Shown: one piece after another, positions 1 to 13,949 of the stretch | How positions within the stretch are numbered: the stretch's first letter is position 1 | Layout of the letters: each line of letters begins with the position of its first letter | Assembly: GCA_951406725.2 (NCBI GenBank) | Contig: OX597814.1 | Coordinates: forward strand, 183,830,001-183,894,000 | Direction of reading: 5' to 3' | Length of the DNA stretch: 64,000 nt | Origin: Octopus vulgaris | Lineage: Eukaryota | The notes under the pieces: generated by a model | What the model saw: the letters and a program-made list of their open reading frames with translations, nothing else | Database searches by the model: none | What the model was told of the DNA's origin: nothing | Position numbers and translations under genes: made by a program

Positions 1-235
1 GAAATATAACATGCCAGAGGTATGGGCAAATGCAAGTATAGCAACTTTTATACATTAATACATCTTAGGGTAATTAAAATTAAATCCGTCTGTAGATGGT
101 GGCATCATAATTGGCAAATAGCAATTAAGACCGGGTCCGCTTGAGAAGGGGAGATAATCTGAAGAATCAAGAAATTCCGAAAATTGACAGGCCATCATGG
201 GAAAAGGACAGGCATGTTGTCTGGAATTGCCGCGT

Positions 236-380
236 ATGTATATATATATGTTTGTATGCGTGCGTGTGTGTGTATGTGTGTGTGTTTGTGTGTGTGTGTA
301 TATATATATATATATACGCACTATTTCTCCATAAATCATCGGGGGAAAATCGAGCCAAGTGCATACACAGATCAGTCTCA

Positions 381-452
<72 letters not shown>

Positions 453-530
453 CACACAGACACAATCCCACTAATACACACAGAGACACGCACACACGCA
501 CACGCACATATACACACATACACCTACGCG
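236..530. repeat. Compound dinucleotide microsatellites (TA/TG/CT/CA)
   Basis: Runs of TA, TG, CT and CA are directly visible. Confidence 0.95.
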
Positions 531-682
531 CAAAGTCAGCACCTGCAATGTCACACAAACGTACGCGCGCGTACGCACATGCGTAGATACAGAGAGATTG
601 ATTGGAGGAAATAGAAGTAGAGATAATGAAAGGAAAGCAGAAATAGAGGAAGTGAGAAGGAGAGAGAAGGAGAAAGGGTGGG

Positions 683-785
683 AGAAGGTGAAGGAGAGAG
701 AAGGTGAAGGAGAGAGAAGGTGAAGGAGAGAGAAGGTGAAGGAGAGAGAAGGTGAAGGAGAGAGAAGGTGAAGGAGAGAGAAGGA
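683..785. repeat. 16-bp minisatellite GAAGGTGAAGGAGAGA, about 6 copies
   Basis: Direct tandem repeat of the 16-mer. Confidence 0.9.
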
Positions 786-796
786 GAGTGAGAAAC

Positions 797-817
797 AAAG
801 ATAAATAGATAGATACT

Positions 818-870
<53 letters not shown>

Positions 871-970
871 GGATAGATAGATAGATAGATAGATAGATAC
901 ATAGATAGGTAGATGGATAGATAGATAGATTGATAGATAGATGGATATGTATATATATATAGAGAGAGAG

Positions 971-1059
<89 letters not shown>

Positions 1060-1080
1060 TAAGGATAGATGGATAGATAT
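797..1080. repeat. (GATA)n microsatellite
   Basis: Long GATA run with few interruptions. Confidence 0.95.
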
Positions 1081-1391
1081 TAGCATCTGTCAGTGGATAT
1101 TGAGAGTTTTCTATAGTCACGCAAAGAAGCCATTTGGGGTTTGTTGAGACTCTGATGATTAATCTTTACACAGGTCAGTTGCTTTCCACAAATCATTTTA
1201 TTTATCCACTATTAACTTTATTATATATTTCTTGTTGTTCTGTTTCTCATGTTAGCTATTTCTCTTTGGAATTGCTCCGCAAAATTTGCATCATGTTGGT
1301 AGAAGTACAAACGTTACATATCCATAAATCGAACGGTTCTTGTTTAAAGTATGGTAGTATGTACATCAACGTGGTTGTGTTTTGACAGTCC

Positions 1392-1625
1392 TACTCTTTT
1401 ACTTTTACTCTTTTACTTGTTTCAGTCATTTGACTGAGGCCATGCTGGAGCACCACCTTTTAGTCGAGTAAATATCAACCCCCCCAGGACTTATTCTTTG
1501 TTAGCCTAGTACTTATTCTATCGATCACTTTTGCCGAACCGCTAAGTTAAGGGGACATAAGCACACCAGCATCGGTTGTCAAGCGATGTTGAGGGGGACA
1601 AACACAGACACACAAACATATACAC

Positions 1626-1683
<58 letters not shown>

Positions 1684-1846
1684 GACGGGCTTCTTTTCAG
1701 TTTCCGTCTACCAAATCCATTCACAAGGCTCTGGTCGGCCCGAGGCTATAGTAGAAGACACTTGCCCAAGGTAACACTCAGTGGGACTGAACCCGGAACC
1801 ATGTGGTTGGTAAGCAAGCTACTTACCACACAGCCACTCCTACGCC
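1392..1846 (-). mobile_element. SINE family A (tRNA-derived head, internal TA/TG microsatellite, (AAGAGTA)n-type tail)
   Basis: Minus strand starts GGCGTAGGAGTGGCTGTGTGG (A-box-like) followed by GGTTCAGTCCC (B-box-like); at least 7 homologous copies in the window. Confidence 0.9.
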
Positions 1847-3370
1847 TATGTTAATTTTTTTTATAAAATCAGAGTTCAAATCTTGACGAGGTTTGATTTT
1901 ATTTAAGATCCCTAGTCTGTTTCATTAATGTCAGTAACATGCTGCGAGAAAGATGGTCACACAGTGAGTAAAGCTTACGATTGATTTTAGATTTGATTTG
2001 AAGCCATTCCCGTCACTGCATATAAATATATTTAACTGTATCAAAGGATTATGTTAAAAAGCGGACTTAAGCGCCAAATAGCAACTCCTTATATGCAGAA
2101 TGATTTAGGATACGTACTATTTGAGTTCCTACTCAGAAGCATATATTCGCTGATGACGAGTGCCCATGACCTACATGCTAAAAAGGTGTCGAAATTTCCA
2201 TGTGTAAGCATTGTGTTTCCTGTTATCTACTTTAATATTCTATTTTCTCTCCGGAAAGCTTGGTATATATTCCCTAGGAAAACATGGTTCATAGAAAATT
2301 GAACGACCATAATAAGGGAAAAGGGAAAAAATTGACAAGTCAGTCAGTCGCCGGCTGACACTCGTTGACGCCACACCGAAGAAGCCAGGGAACAGAAGAA
2401 AGAAGACATGCACTCAACACCAGAGCTGGACACCTCCGAAAGGGGGGGGGGGGCGCCACTTTAAACGGTAGAGGAGTAGGGGCCGGAACCGGACGTGGTT
2501 CCTCCTGATGATGTTTCGAGCTAACTGGATCCTATAAAGGAGCTGTTGTGGTAGCAGACCACGAAACACGGTTGTAATTCCTCAGTTTGAGAAAGTGAGA
2601 GAGAATGGGGAAAACGAGAGGGTCAGGAGGGTCAGAGAGAAGAAACGGAGTGAGAGGAAGACAGAGATAGAGTAAGAGAAGAAAATTCAGTGCCTTGAAT
2701 ATGTTAATTAGTGAGATGTTAGACTGTGGTATATATTGGTTAGTTCTGATAGTTTTATCGGAACACGTCATAAATAATCTGTAAAGCTATCAGTCAAGCA
2801 GCCATAGCTCCGATATATTTTCCGTTTCGATTTCCGATTGCAATGATTTTCCTGCACATAAGCCACAAAAGCCACTGGGAATGACAGCAACAACCCGATA
2901 TAACGTTTACACTGCCGTCCAAATCTTAAGTATAATGAATGGCTCCGATAAATCAATATGAATGCCTTTAGGGGAGTGCGTAGACAGCATGCAAGCGCAA
3001 TGAACCTCTTCAAATAAACCGCGAATTTGAATGTAATCAAGACAAATGAACAGGATAGCATATAAGCAAAACAGATCAAAAGTGTTATTTGTTCAAGAAA
3101 GCCTGTAGACCTGTCTGTTTATTTTCCAAAAATGACTGACCGTAAACAAATTTAAGACCCGAATTGGAATAATTTTCAATCTTTGATGCTGCTGCTATCT
3201 CATATACAGCCTAGATTGTATTCTACAAAAGAAGTCAAAATAAACTGATTAGCATGAAGCTGTTCACCACTCTAAGAGATAGACATGCCATCTTCTCACT
3301 CTATCAACTGCTATCACACTGGCCAGTGTTTTTTAGAGCTATCTGCACTCATGCTATCTCTACGCAAACC

Positions 3371-3777
3371 TATTTCTTTACTACCCACAAGGGGCTAAGT
3401 ACAGAGAGGACAAATAAGGACAGACAAACGGATTAAGTCGATTATATCGACCCCAGTGCATAACTGGTATTTATTTAATAGACCCAGAAAGGATGAAAGG
3501 CAAAGTCGACCTCGGCGGAATTTGAACTCAGAACGTAACGGTAAACGAAATACCTATTTCTTTACTACCCACAAGGGGCTAAAAACAGGGGACAAACAAA
3601 GACAGACGCACGGATTGAGTCGATTACATCGACCCCAATGCGTAATTGGTACTTAATTTATCGACCCCGAAAGGATGAAAGGCAAAGTCGACCTCGGCGG
3701 AATTTGAACTCAGAACGTAGGGGCAAACGAAATACCGCTAAGCATTTCGCCCGGCGTGCTAACGTTTCTGCCAGCTC
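3371..3777 (-). mobile_element. SINE family B, head plus two tandem body units, 13-bp TSD
   Basis: Two ~180-bp units containing GAGTTCAAATTCC and GCCTTTCATCCTTTCGGGGTCGAT; flanked by CTCTACGCAAACC at 3358-3370 and 3775-3787. Confidence 0.9.
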
Positions 3778-4346
3778 TACGCAAACCATTTATCTTTTTA
3801 CCTCTGTACACCTATGCTGTGTCTGACCCGCAGCTCATTATTAATTCCATCATCCAGTCGACCTTTCCTAGAAGATTGATCTTCTGGATGACACTCTCCC
3901 AATATTTTAACTACAGCCATCAAATTTCAGCTTTTGTAAAGGAATATCCACTGGGTCAATCGCAATGGTCTGAGACGATCTGCGAAAGTCAGGAATACAA
4001 GACCGAAAAGAAATGTTTAAGAAAGTGGAGAAGAACGAGTATTACTGGAATAAAATATCTTACAGTATTTAGTTTCACACCCCAGTGATCTATTTAACTC
4101 CAACACATTTCCAGAAAATTTATTAGCGTTGATTTCAAACCAATTATCATGCGTTGAGCACTTCTGCAGTGTCGTTAAACCTATTAAAACTGGAACCGAA
4201 ATATCCTTCAAATCGCACCATACTAATAGGCTCAAATAAAGTATGCGTAGGGCAAAATTGTCAATAACATACACAAAATACTAGATTTATCTGCATGGAG
4301 AGTCTTTGGTTATAGAACTACTGGATTGAACTACTGGAGATTAAAA

Positions 4347-4945
4347 GGCGGCGAGCTAGCAGAAACGTTAGCACGCCCGGCGAAATACCTAGCGGCATTT
4401 CGTCTGCCGTTACGTTCTGAGTTCAAATTCTGCCGAGGTCGACTTTGCCTTTTATCCTTTCGGGGTCGATTCAATAAGTACCAGTTACGCACTGGGGTCG
4501 ATGTAATCGACTTAATCCGTTTGTGTGTCCTTATTTGTCCTCTCTGTGTTTAGCTCCTTGTGGGTAGTAAAGAAATAGGTATTTCGTCTGCCCTTACATT
4601 CTGAGTTCAAATTCCGCCGGGATCGACTTTGCCTTTCATCCTTTCGGGGTCGATTAAATAAGTACCAGTTACGCACTGGGGTCGATGTAATCGACTTAAT
4701 CCGTTTGTGTGTCCTTATTTGTCCTCTCTGTGTTTAGCTCCTTGTGGGTAGTAAAGAAATAGGTATTTCGTCTGCCGTTACGTTCTGAGTTCAAATTCCA
4801 CCGAGGTCGACTTTGTCTTTCATCCTTTCGGGGTCGATAAATTAAGTACCAGTTACGCTCTGGGGTCGATGTAATCGACTTATTCCGTTTGTGTGTCCTT
4901 GTTTGTCCCCACTGTGTTTAGCCCCTTGTGGGTAGTAAAGAAATA
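4347..4945 (+). mobile_element. SINE family B, trimer
   Basis: Head GGCGGCGAGCTAGCAGAAACGTTAG, then three near-identical units each ending TGTGGGTAGTAAAGAAATA. Confidence 0.9.
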
Positions 4946-5519
4946 AGAATTACTGGATTGAGGCTAACATGGAAATAAACCGCAGCATCAGTAGCAACGC
5001 CTCGACCACAACCAGCATCAGTAGCAACGCCTCGACCACAAGATCAAGAACAGCAACAGCAATATTGAAAACATTAGAATATAATTGTCATTAGTTCATA
5101 CATAACAAATTAATACTGATTCATAATGCTACAATGACAAATTGAATACAACAATGATATTCGATCGATTATCTAATATACCATATCATAATCCAAATAC
5201 CTCTCAATATGGATCAAGTACTGTCAATGTCTTCCTCTCTTTCTCGTTTCTCTGCCTCTCAGTTTTACGTAACCCGGCAACAACAATGTCTTCGTACATT
5301 AACTTTCATTAAATTTCCTATGCAAATACCAGCAGTCGTGTCGGTTTAGAATTCTCGAAGCGTTGCTGCTTGTTTACACTTTGTATGTGTGGGGTCACTC
5401 TCAAGGGAAAGATAAACTTACCATTCATTCACAAATATACAAATAGCACAAACCTACTTTGCAGAGTAAATGGAAGTTTGAAGAATATATACATAGATTG
5501 GCAAACATGCATGGAGATA

Positions 5520-5766
5520 AACATACAGGCACATATATATATTTATATATATATATACATATATGTATATATTTGTGTTTATATACATACTCATATATAT
5601 ACTTATACTTATACATATATATATATACACACATACACACATTTATGAATGTATGCATCCATATATGCATATATACACATACACATATACGTATGTATTT
5701 GTGCATTTCTATTTGCATATGCATACACAGACATGTATATATATATATATACATACAAACACACAC

Positions 5767-5799
<33 letters not shown>

Positions 5800-5895
5800 T
5801 ATATAATATATATATATATACATATATATAATATATATATATACATACATACATACATGCATACATACATGCATCATACATACATACATACATAC

Positions 5896-5977
<82 letters not shown>

Positions 5978-6020
5978 GGTAGACACGCAGATAGGTAATA
6001 CATGCATATGTACATATATA
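5520..6020. repeat. Degenerate TA/TACA/CA microsatellite block
   Basis: Low-complexity TA, TACA and CA runs. Confidence 0.9.
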
Positions 6021-6718
6021 GTTATTTTGTGTGTGTTTACAGGAAATGCGTGTGCTGATATGAATGAAAACCAAGCGGAAACAACAGAAGACAAAACATA
6101 CAGTGATATGAGTAATATCAGGAACAATAACTGAAAGAACAACTGACGTGACCCCCAAATAAACAATACTACTTTACGAAGCACATTTGAGGACGAGTAG
6201 AAGCCAACATGTGTTACATTGTATAAGACCACACACTTTGGCAGAGCGGAGTAGCAATCGGGTATGTTGCTTTTAGTGAAGGATCAAATCAAATCCAACG
6301 TCTCCTCTAGCGTCACCATCTAAACCTTGGGCAGAGAAGAGTTTAATGGAGCGCATTTCGATGGAGGAATTTCGACAAAGATTCTGATTAGAAAATAAAT
6401 CATTATTTATATTTCCTATTGCATTTTTTTTGTTGCGATAGGAAACATATTTGATCTCGCATAGTTTTATGAAATCTACATAAATAAATTCTCTGGCGAG
6501 CCTATGCAATACTTCTGCTTTCCCCATCTTCAACTGTTTACAAAATTGTGTGTGTCTGTGAGAGTGTTCCACGTTTGTATGTATGCTGAAGTTACGAAAG
6601 AAGGCATATATATATATATATATATATAAGTATCAGGCATTATGGAGGTCCAACAACTATATCATACATACATACATATAATTTATATATATATATATAC
6701 ATACATATAATTATATAT

Positions 6719-6972
6719 GTTAGTTAGTTAGTTAGTTAGTTAGTTAATTTGGCTCAAAAGCAAATAGCAAGGCCATGTAGGGGGACATGGAGTTAAGTAC
6801 TAGGAATCCTGCTAAGTTCATGTAAAGAGTTCAGGCCACTTGAGGTCCAGGGAAGCTTTGAACAAAGCGGTCGTCGGCATCTTCACCATCTCGTCTGGCA
6901 GCTTGTTCCACGGATCCGCAACCCGGACGGAGAAAGCTCCTCTCCTTCGATTGAGATGAAATCGTCGCAGGT
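6719..6972 (-). mobile_element. CR1-type LINE 3' fragment with (CTAA)n tail
   Basis: Translation RRFHLNRRRGAFSVRVADPWNKLP..FKASLD matches the CR1 ORF2 C-terminus (WNxLP..FKxxLD); tetranucleotide tail at 6719-6746. Confidence 0.8.
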
Positions 6973-7152
6973 AGATATTTTTATATATATATATATATAC
7001 ATATAATACATATATATATATATATATGCAGAGAGAAAGAGAGAGAGAGCGGTACAAACACACATACACACACTCATGTACAAACACACATACACACACT
7101 CACATACAAACACACACAGAGACACATACATATATATTTACATATATATATG

Positions 7153-7389
7153 TCGTTGCTATTGTTCAAAAATGATGTAAGTCCCAAAAGTTGCCTTTTC
7201 AGGAAAAGAAAAATAGTTTCACCATTCCATACCAAAACCGTTGTACTACACTTTGACAATTTTTGATATTTTAGCATCTGAAGCAGCTGGAGATACGATC
7301 GTTTGACAAAAAGAACCGTCTACTGCAAGCAAAAATAGATATTGCAAACAACGCAAATTTGGACATACGACAGTTTAATATAATAGCAA

Positions 7390-7392
<3 letters not shown>
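7153..7392. mobile_element. MITE with ~45-bp imperfect TIRs inside (TA)n
   Basis: TCGTTGCTATT at 7153 and AATAGCAACGA ending at 7392, with further subterminal complementarity. Confidence 0.6.
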
Positions 7393-7440
<48 letters not shown>

Positions 7441-7557
7441 CATTATATAATTAGGGCTTAGTAAAATAATGGTCCTTAATGGTCCTTAAATGGTCCTTTT
7501 ACATACTGAATACTTGGTGAAATTGATTAATAACTAATTAATTTTACCCTCAATTGT

Positions 7558-7617
<60 letters not shown>

Positions 7618-8848
7618 TCACACATATACACGTATGCACATAAACGTGAGACGTGTATTGAATAGCCAACTATGTTGATCCATTTTTTTCTGTTCATATT
7701 TTCGAATGATTTCTCTGCAGTTATTTTTTTTAAACTTTTATAGCCTCTTAATGAGGATATTATGATTTAGTGTATGATGTTATCTCTATAAAATAGGCAG
7801 GGCCAATCTGATTGGCGGAGCCAATTCCACTAGAATTTCAATCTTGACTGTTAGATTTATCTAGATTTAGACTGGTGGCTGTGCTATTTTATCTAATTTT
7901 TGTGAATACAAAAGGTTGGCTACGTGTATATTTTAGAAATATATTGATATATTGTACCTTGAGTATATCTTGCGTATACTAAATATATTAATGCTTTACT
8001 TATGTTTAGAATTCTATATAGGATAGATATGTTGTCACAGATATACATCTACTGACAACGTATAATTATGATAAAAGTCAAAATTTACATTCGGACGGTT
8101 ATGTTTACAACTATCACACTAGGCCTGTGTAAAGAGGCAATACTCGCCAAAACCACTGCATTCTCAAGATGAGACTTCGATGGTCAGAAAGCGTTATTCG
8201 CAAGGACCTCAAGCAAAAGTATTAAAATCCTTAATGAAAACAATAAAATCAGAACTCGTTCTTTTTATTCAATGCAGCAGACATACACAAATACACATAC
8301 AAACTCTTATAAACATACCCGCAGACGCAGACGTACACAAACATACAATGGGCTCTGGTACATCCCTTTGGCAAATCTAGAAGAGGACACGACGACTCTT
8401 CTACGACTCTGTCGAAATTTCCGAATAGGTGCTTGCAATCGTGTTGTAATGAGGCTGCGTGAATCTACTGCACCGTTGAAGAAAATATCTGTTACTACAA
8501 CGAGCATACTCTGATAGTTTGATCGTTCCTTAAACCAATTAAATCTATCTAAGCCTCATTATTTAAGCGAAGCTTCCGAAGTGTTAATCGCATGAAAGAC
8601 AAATCTCTTCCGATTAATGTTAGGCTCTTGCTGTTAAATTGCTCTCTAATTCCTATTTCCTAGTAACCAAGAATTATTGACAGTAACGAAAGCTGAAGAA
8701 GGTAAATGAAATCGTCTGTCTTGGTTCAGTGGGTACCTACTCAACATAGGTATCCCAGCACATGATACTTAAGTTCAATCCCTTCAGCGGATTTGAACTT
8801 AGGTCTCATGAGCTGAGATTAATCTGAATTCTTGCCTCAAGGCTTGTA

Positions 8849-9228
8849 ACTTACTTGTACTTGTACTTGTGGCGACATTCACCCTGGGCAGGTTGAGTCG
8901 GCTTCTTCTATTGGAAGAAGTTTCGTTGGAATATGTGGATTTCACAAGCGGTCCCCAACGATACCGCATGTAGAGACATCGTGTTTGCCGCAGATTGTCC
9001 GCAGACGCAGGGACAGAACGACCGAGGAGCCGCCGGTTACCGAAGCGGACACTGCGAGGATTTTCACCAGAACCCCGTCTGCCGGGTTGTGGCCCTAATA
9101 CCACTCGGTGTCAGACCAAGCTGCTTTAGGTGGCCCTACCAGGAACCGAAGTTCCCGACGGCATAGCTCTGACACCACCCGTTGCCAGCGTCCCCACCAC
9201 GGTGAGGAGGGGATGGACTTTGGGCTGG
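8849..9228 (-). mobile_element. Non-autonomous RTE-derived element (RTE 5' UTR-like head, (ACAAGT)n tail)
   Basis: Minus strand CCGTGGTGGGG..GAGCTATGCCGTCGGG..CCTGGTAGGGCCACC resembles the conserved RTE/BovB 5' UTR; short tandem tail; GC-rich island. Confidence 0.6.
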
Positions 9229-9994
9229 TAAGATAATTATATTTTCTTAAGTTTACAAATAACCATATTGCCCTTAAGTATTTTAGTTAACATTAAGATA
9301 GATTTTTAATACAATTATTGATTACACTCTGAATATAATAAAATAAGTTTAAATTCAGTTTAGTAAGTGTGGAATGAAATATTTTTCATTTAAAGTTTTG
9401 ACAATAGACACGAAATACTCTCAAACAAACTACTTGCCATTCGTAATGACTTCTTCGAATGGAATCTCTTTTTCGCATATAAAGAAGATCAATAAAATAT
9501 ATACGTGCAAATCTAGAATAATATGAGAAAATATCAAACGTCTTAAGTAGCTTTTTTCCGCTGAATGTTCTGCTTGAAAATTCTCTCAGAAGTGTCCTGC
9601 TTCTTTTGAGATTCGCATTGAAGTTTTAGCGGAAGGACACGAAAAGGAAAGAAAAGAGAGTTTTTGTATCTAAGCAACCTTATAAATGCAATCTATTTAC
9701 ACGAAATTCAAGACTAACATATCTTCTGGAATAAATTAATACCTAAGTACGCTATAAATTTCCTCGCCAGTAGCATTTGCGGTTTACAAACAGTACGCCA
9801 TTACTTTCCTTCTCACTGCAGCACTTGTAAGCCATTTTTCAAGCGTAGTGGTTCCAACATTAAAACATGGTTTATTATTTATTTGTTTTTGCCTATCTTA
9901 AATAGAGGAAAAAAATTATTAATGTATAATGCAGGAAATTTATATACAGAAGATAGATTCATTAAATAAATCATTGCACAAGAAAAGGTAACAG

Positions 9995-10053
<59 letters not shown>

Positions 10054-10062
10054 TAAATAAAT
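9995..10062. repeat. (TAA)n microsatellite
   Basis: Directly visible. Confidence 0.9.
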
Positions 10063-10463
10063 GAAATTAAATACTATTTCTAGAAAGAAAAATATCCATA
10101 TACATAGAAACTTTCATATAACATCGAATGACAATATTTATATATTATATTTATTTAACTCGGTGGTGACTAGTAATAAAATGATAGAGAAATGGGAATC
10201 TGATAGAAAAATTATGAGAATAAATAAGTGAACTCATTACTTGGGAATATCAATCATCTAGTGTACACATTAGAATTCTTACGCAGGAAAAGAGAGAAAT
10301 ATACGTTTATATTAGTATATTATTTATGTGTGGGTTTTTTTTTCCTTCAAATTTGAGCATCTGAAAATTCGGCTAGTATACAGTTATTAAATGTTTGGGA
10401 TTAAGTTCAAATCCTAACTTAAGCATTGGCGGGGTTTTATATATACAGACAGACATACGCACT

Positions 10464-10518
<55 letters not shown>

Positions 10519-10630
10519 AGAATTTTCTAGACAAGTAGTAAAAGCGTTACAAAGAATTTTGACTGTGAAAATTCGTATATTTACAAAACGTGAACAAGGG
10601 AAAACAACAAGTAATGAAAATGTTTCAAGC

Positions 10631-10679
<49 letters not shown>

Positions 10680-10751
10680 ACACACACACACATAAACACA
10701 CACACACACACAATTATTCCCGTGAGCATAACTGCTGAGTTTTCTAATTTA

Positions 10752-11166
10752 TTACTCTTCTTACTCTTTTACTTGTTTCAGTTATTTGACTGTGACCATG
10801 CTGGAGTACCGCCTTTAGTTGAGCAAATAGACCCCAGGACCTATTCTTTGTAAACCCAGTTCTTATTTTATTGGTCTCCTTTGCCGAAACGCTAACTTAC
10901 GGGGATGTAAACACACCAGCATCAGTTATCAATCGATGTTGGGGGGGGGGGGGACAAACACAGACGTAAAAACATACAAACACATACATATATATACATA
11001 TATAAAATGGGCTTCTTTCAGTTTATGTCTACCAAATCCACTCACAAGGCTTTGGTCGGCCCGAGGCTATAGTAGAAGACACTTGCCTAAGGTGCCACGC
11101 AGTGGGACTGAACCCGGAACCAAGTGGTTAGTAAGCAAACTACTTACCACAGAGCCACTCTTGCCT
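10752..11166 (-). mobile_element. SINE family A
   Basis: Homologous end to end with 1392-1846. Confidence 0.9.
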
Positions 11167-11539
11167 ATTGTTAATGTTTTAAACATTTCGTCACGTAAAT
11201 GGCACATTTCAATACTATAATATTAGTGTGCATGCTGCTTGTAATGCACTTCGTCGTGCTTAGATTATTATCTATATTCGTGCCGTTGGCCCTTATTGAG
11301 TTATTTCCCTTCGCTGATTTTTTTTTTTTTATAAAATGAAATATCTCCGAAAAAGCTCTTTTTCAACTTGTAATAATTCTCTATCCATAGACCAATGTAT
11401 GTTTCATAAAACTGTGAATCTCTGTTGAGGTTAAATACGACTTAAAATTAAGACCTCAAGCATGACTAATAACCTGTGTCTTATTTCTTTTCTGTCTTCG
11501 TAGCTTAGCTTTGCTAGCAAATACTTACGACCAGCTTCT

Positions 11540-12028
11540 GTTGCAGGCTTGCTGATGCCGGTGATTCCAGTTTTAGAGACACAGGCAGACCACATCTAGT
11601 GTACACATCAGTATTCTTACGCAGAAAAAGAGAGAAGTATACGTTTATATTAACTATATTACGTGATTTTGTCCCTTCAAATTTGAGCATCTAAAATTCG
11701 AATGGTATACATTTATTAAATGTTTGAGATTGAGTTCAAATCGTAGCTAAAGGTTTAAACTGCTTAGTGAAGTAGGTTAGTCGTAGTGTCCTCATTTTAA
11801 CCCCCCTTTTCTCTTATCTGTAAGCATGTTCTGCTGGTATCTTCAAAGGAGTCAGTTGCCCAGTGGACAGTGAGACACCAAGCTTCATGTTTAGCGGTAT
11901 GAACTGAACACTGATAGTGATCAGTGTGGCAAGCATCAAGTAACTTCTTCAGGGAATTCTTATGTTTCGTCTTTGGTGCTCCTCTATCACGATGATCTGA
12001 GTGAAATTCACTATACAAAACACCCAAA
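11540..12028 (-). mobile_element. Decayed RTE LINE 3' fragment, interrupted at 11593-11748
   Basis: LYSEF..RDRGAPKTKHKNSLKK..AWCLTV..SFEDTSR resembles the RTE C-terminus; zinc-knuckle remnant TFSC/RCG..C.S..G...HQQAC. Confidence 0.7.
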
Positions 12029-12030
12029 TA

Positions 12031-12596
12031 TTGGGTTGTCAGGAAAGTTCGTGCCGATTTATAGTAGCTTATCTTTCGACTTATTTTAGCACATAGTTGA
12101 GTCCGGAAAATAGGATTTGACTACACCTCAATTTAGAGGACAGTTTAAGATATCTTTTCGTGGAACAAGGTTTATGTTCCTATAACCTGTGTTAATTTTG
12201 TAACCCTTTAAAATGGAAGAGAAGAAAGTTCATTTTCGGAACTTGATTCTTTGGGAACCAGACAAAAATTGCTGCAGCTCGGCTAGGATGTGTTACCCCA
12301 CCCTCCATATTCACCAGATATTGCTCCTTCGGGTTTCCCCTTGTTCAGGTCTCTGCAGAATAGTCTAAATGGTAAAAATTTCAGTTCCTTGGATGACGTA
12401 AAAAGATACCTTGATGAATTCTTTGCCATGAAATCACCTCAATTCTGGGAAGAGGGTATTTTCAAATTAAAGGAAAGAAGGAGACGCATTGTGAAAGAAA
12501 ATGTTTTGCATTTGATTGATTAAAAATGTAATGGCAAGGATTTATTGACCCTTTTCTTTCCTTTAAAAATCGGCACGAACTTTCCGGACAACCCAA
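12031..12596 (+). mobile_element. Internally deleted mariner transposon
   Basis: TIRs TTGGGTTGTCAGGAAAGTTCGTGCCGATTT / AAATCGGCACGAACTTTCCGGACAACCCAA with TA on both sides; ORF 12290-12523 carries the HPPYSPDIAPS mariner motif. Confidence 0.92.
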
Positions 12597-13659
12597 TATA
12601 TTGACTCTGTGAGTACTAAGAAAGATAATATTTTCTCCTTTGTATGAAAATGTAATTTTCAGTATCATTTATTCTCAATTTATTGAAACTTCTCTTTTCA
12701 ATGGGAATTACATCAAGTGTCTTTAGTTTCTTAGATTTAGTTCGCTTCTTCAAACCCAAGGCAAATATTAGTTCATTTAATTTTTTTCACACGTCACTCA
12801 GTACATCACCACTAACCGGATTTATCAAAGTTTGTATCGTTTGCACACTGAAGTTATGTCCCTTAGGTCTCTTCCTGAATACGCACGCCTCTGTGCGCGC
12901 GCACACACATACACATAATGCTGTTGTGTATGTGTTTATATGCATCACACTATATATAAAGATAAACACAAGGGGATACATACCCACGGGTATTTGTGTA
13001 TATATGTGTCTTCGCGCACCCACATACAAACGAACATACATACATACATACGTACAGAGGCACATACAGAACGTTTATACTCTACATATCAAGTACCCCT
13101 GCGGCTTGAAAAACAGAAAATATGTGACAGAATAGATAAGAATAAGATGATTCTACATCCTTCTCATCACAAACACAAACACACACGAACACACACACGC
13201 AAAGACACAAGCTACCACCACATGTATTTATTTTATCTATACTTACGCTTTCGTCCTAATAATTCCTGCACTTTTGTTTTCAAATGCTTATCGTTTTCTT
13301 TGGCCTGTATTTATTTATCTCTTTTCAACCATTTCTTTTAATGTAATATTTTGCCTGCGGTAAGAAATAATTTTACTAGCATGATCAGATTATGTACTTT
13401 TCTCCATAAGTCTGTTTACGAAACCTCTTTTTTCAAAGAGTTTAGTTCACAATTCCCACAGTGGTCTGCTTTCGTGTACTGAACTACGCAATCTAACAAA
13501 CAACTGCAGCCGAAAACAAGAGAAAATTAAATACTGTAATCTCACTTAGATAAGAAACTAGTGAAATTAATGTAGAATTTTTTTCACAAATTCTTATATA
13601 TAGATATTAGCATTGTTGTGATATATATATTTCATAAAAGTTATATAAGTACTAACACT

Positions 13660-13794
<135 letters not shown>

Positions 13795-13949
13795 AAAATT
13801 TAGAGGACTGACCACTAAAAGTAGACAGCTTTAGTCCTCTAAATTTTGTATGTAAATCAATTTTTAATCTTCGGATATTTTAAGATATGCTAAGCCACTG
13901 ATTTTAGTTGATTAATATCAATTTCTACCCTTATATATATATATATATA

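Noticed and set aside
55-1120. Long ORFs rich in YI, HT, LS, YLSI or CV, here and throughout the window
   Set aside because: They are stop-free translations of di- and tetranucleotide microsatellites.
2140-2215. CTGATGA...GAAATTTC hammerhead candidate
   Set aside because: Stems I and II do not pair next to the core.
2490-2590. CTGATGA/CGAAA boxes in a GC-rich, possibly Penelope-like island (2330-2760)
   Set aside because: No consistent three-stem fold on either strand; the element's identity is unsupported.
4347-4945. CRISPR-like periodicity
   Set aside because: The whole ~180-bp unit repeats with no unique spacers; eukaryotic context and no cas genes.
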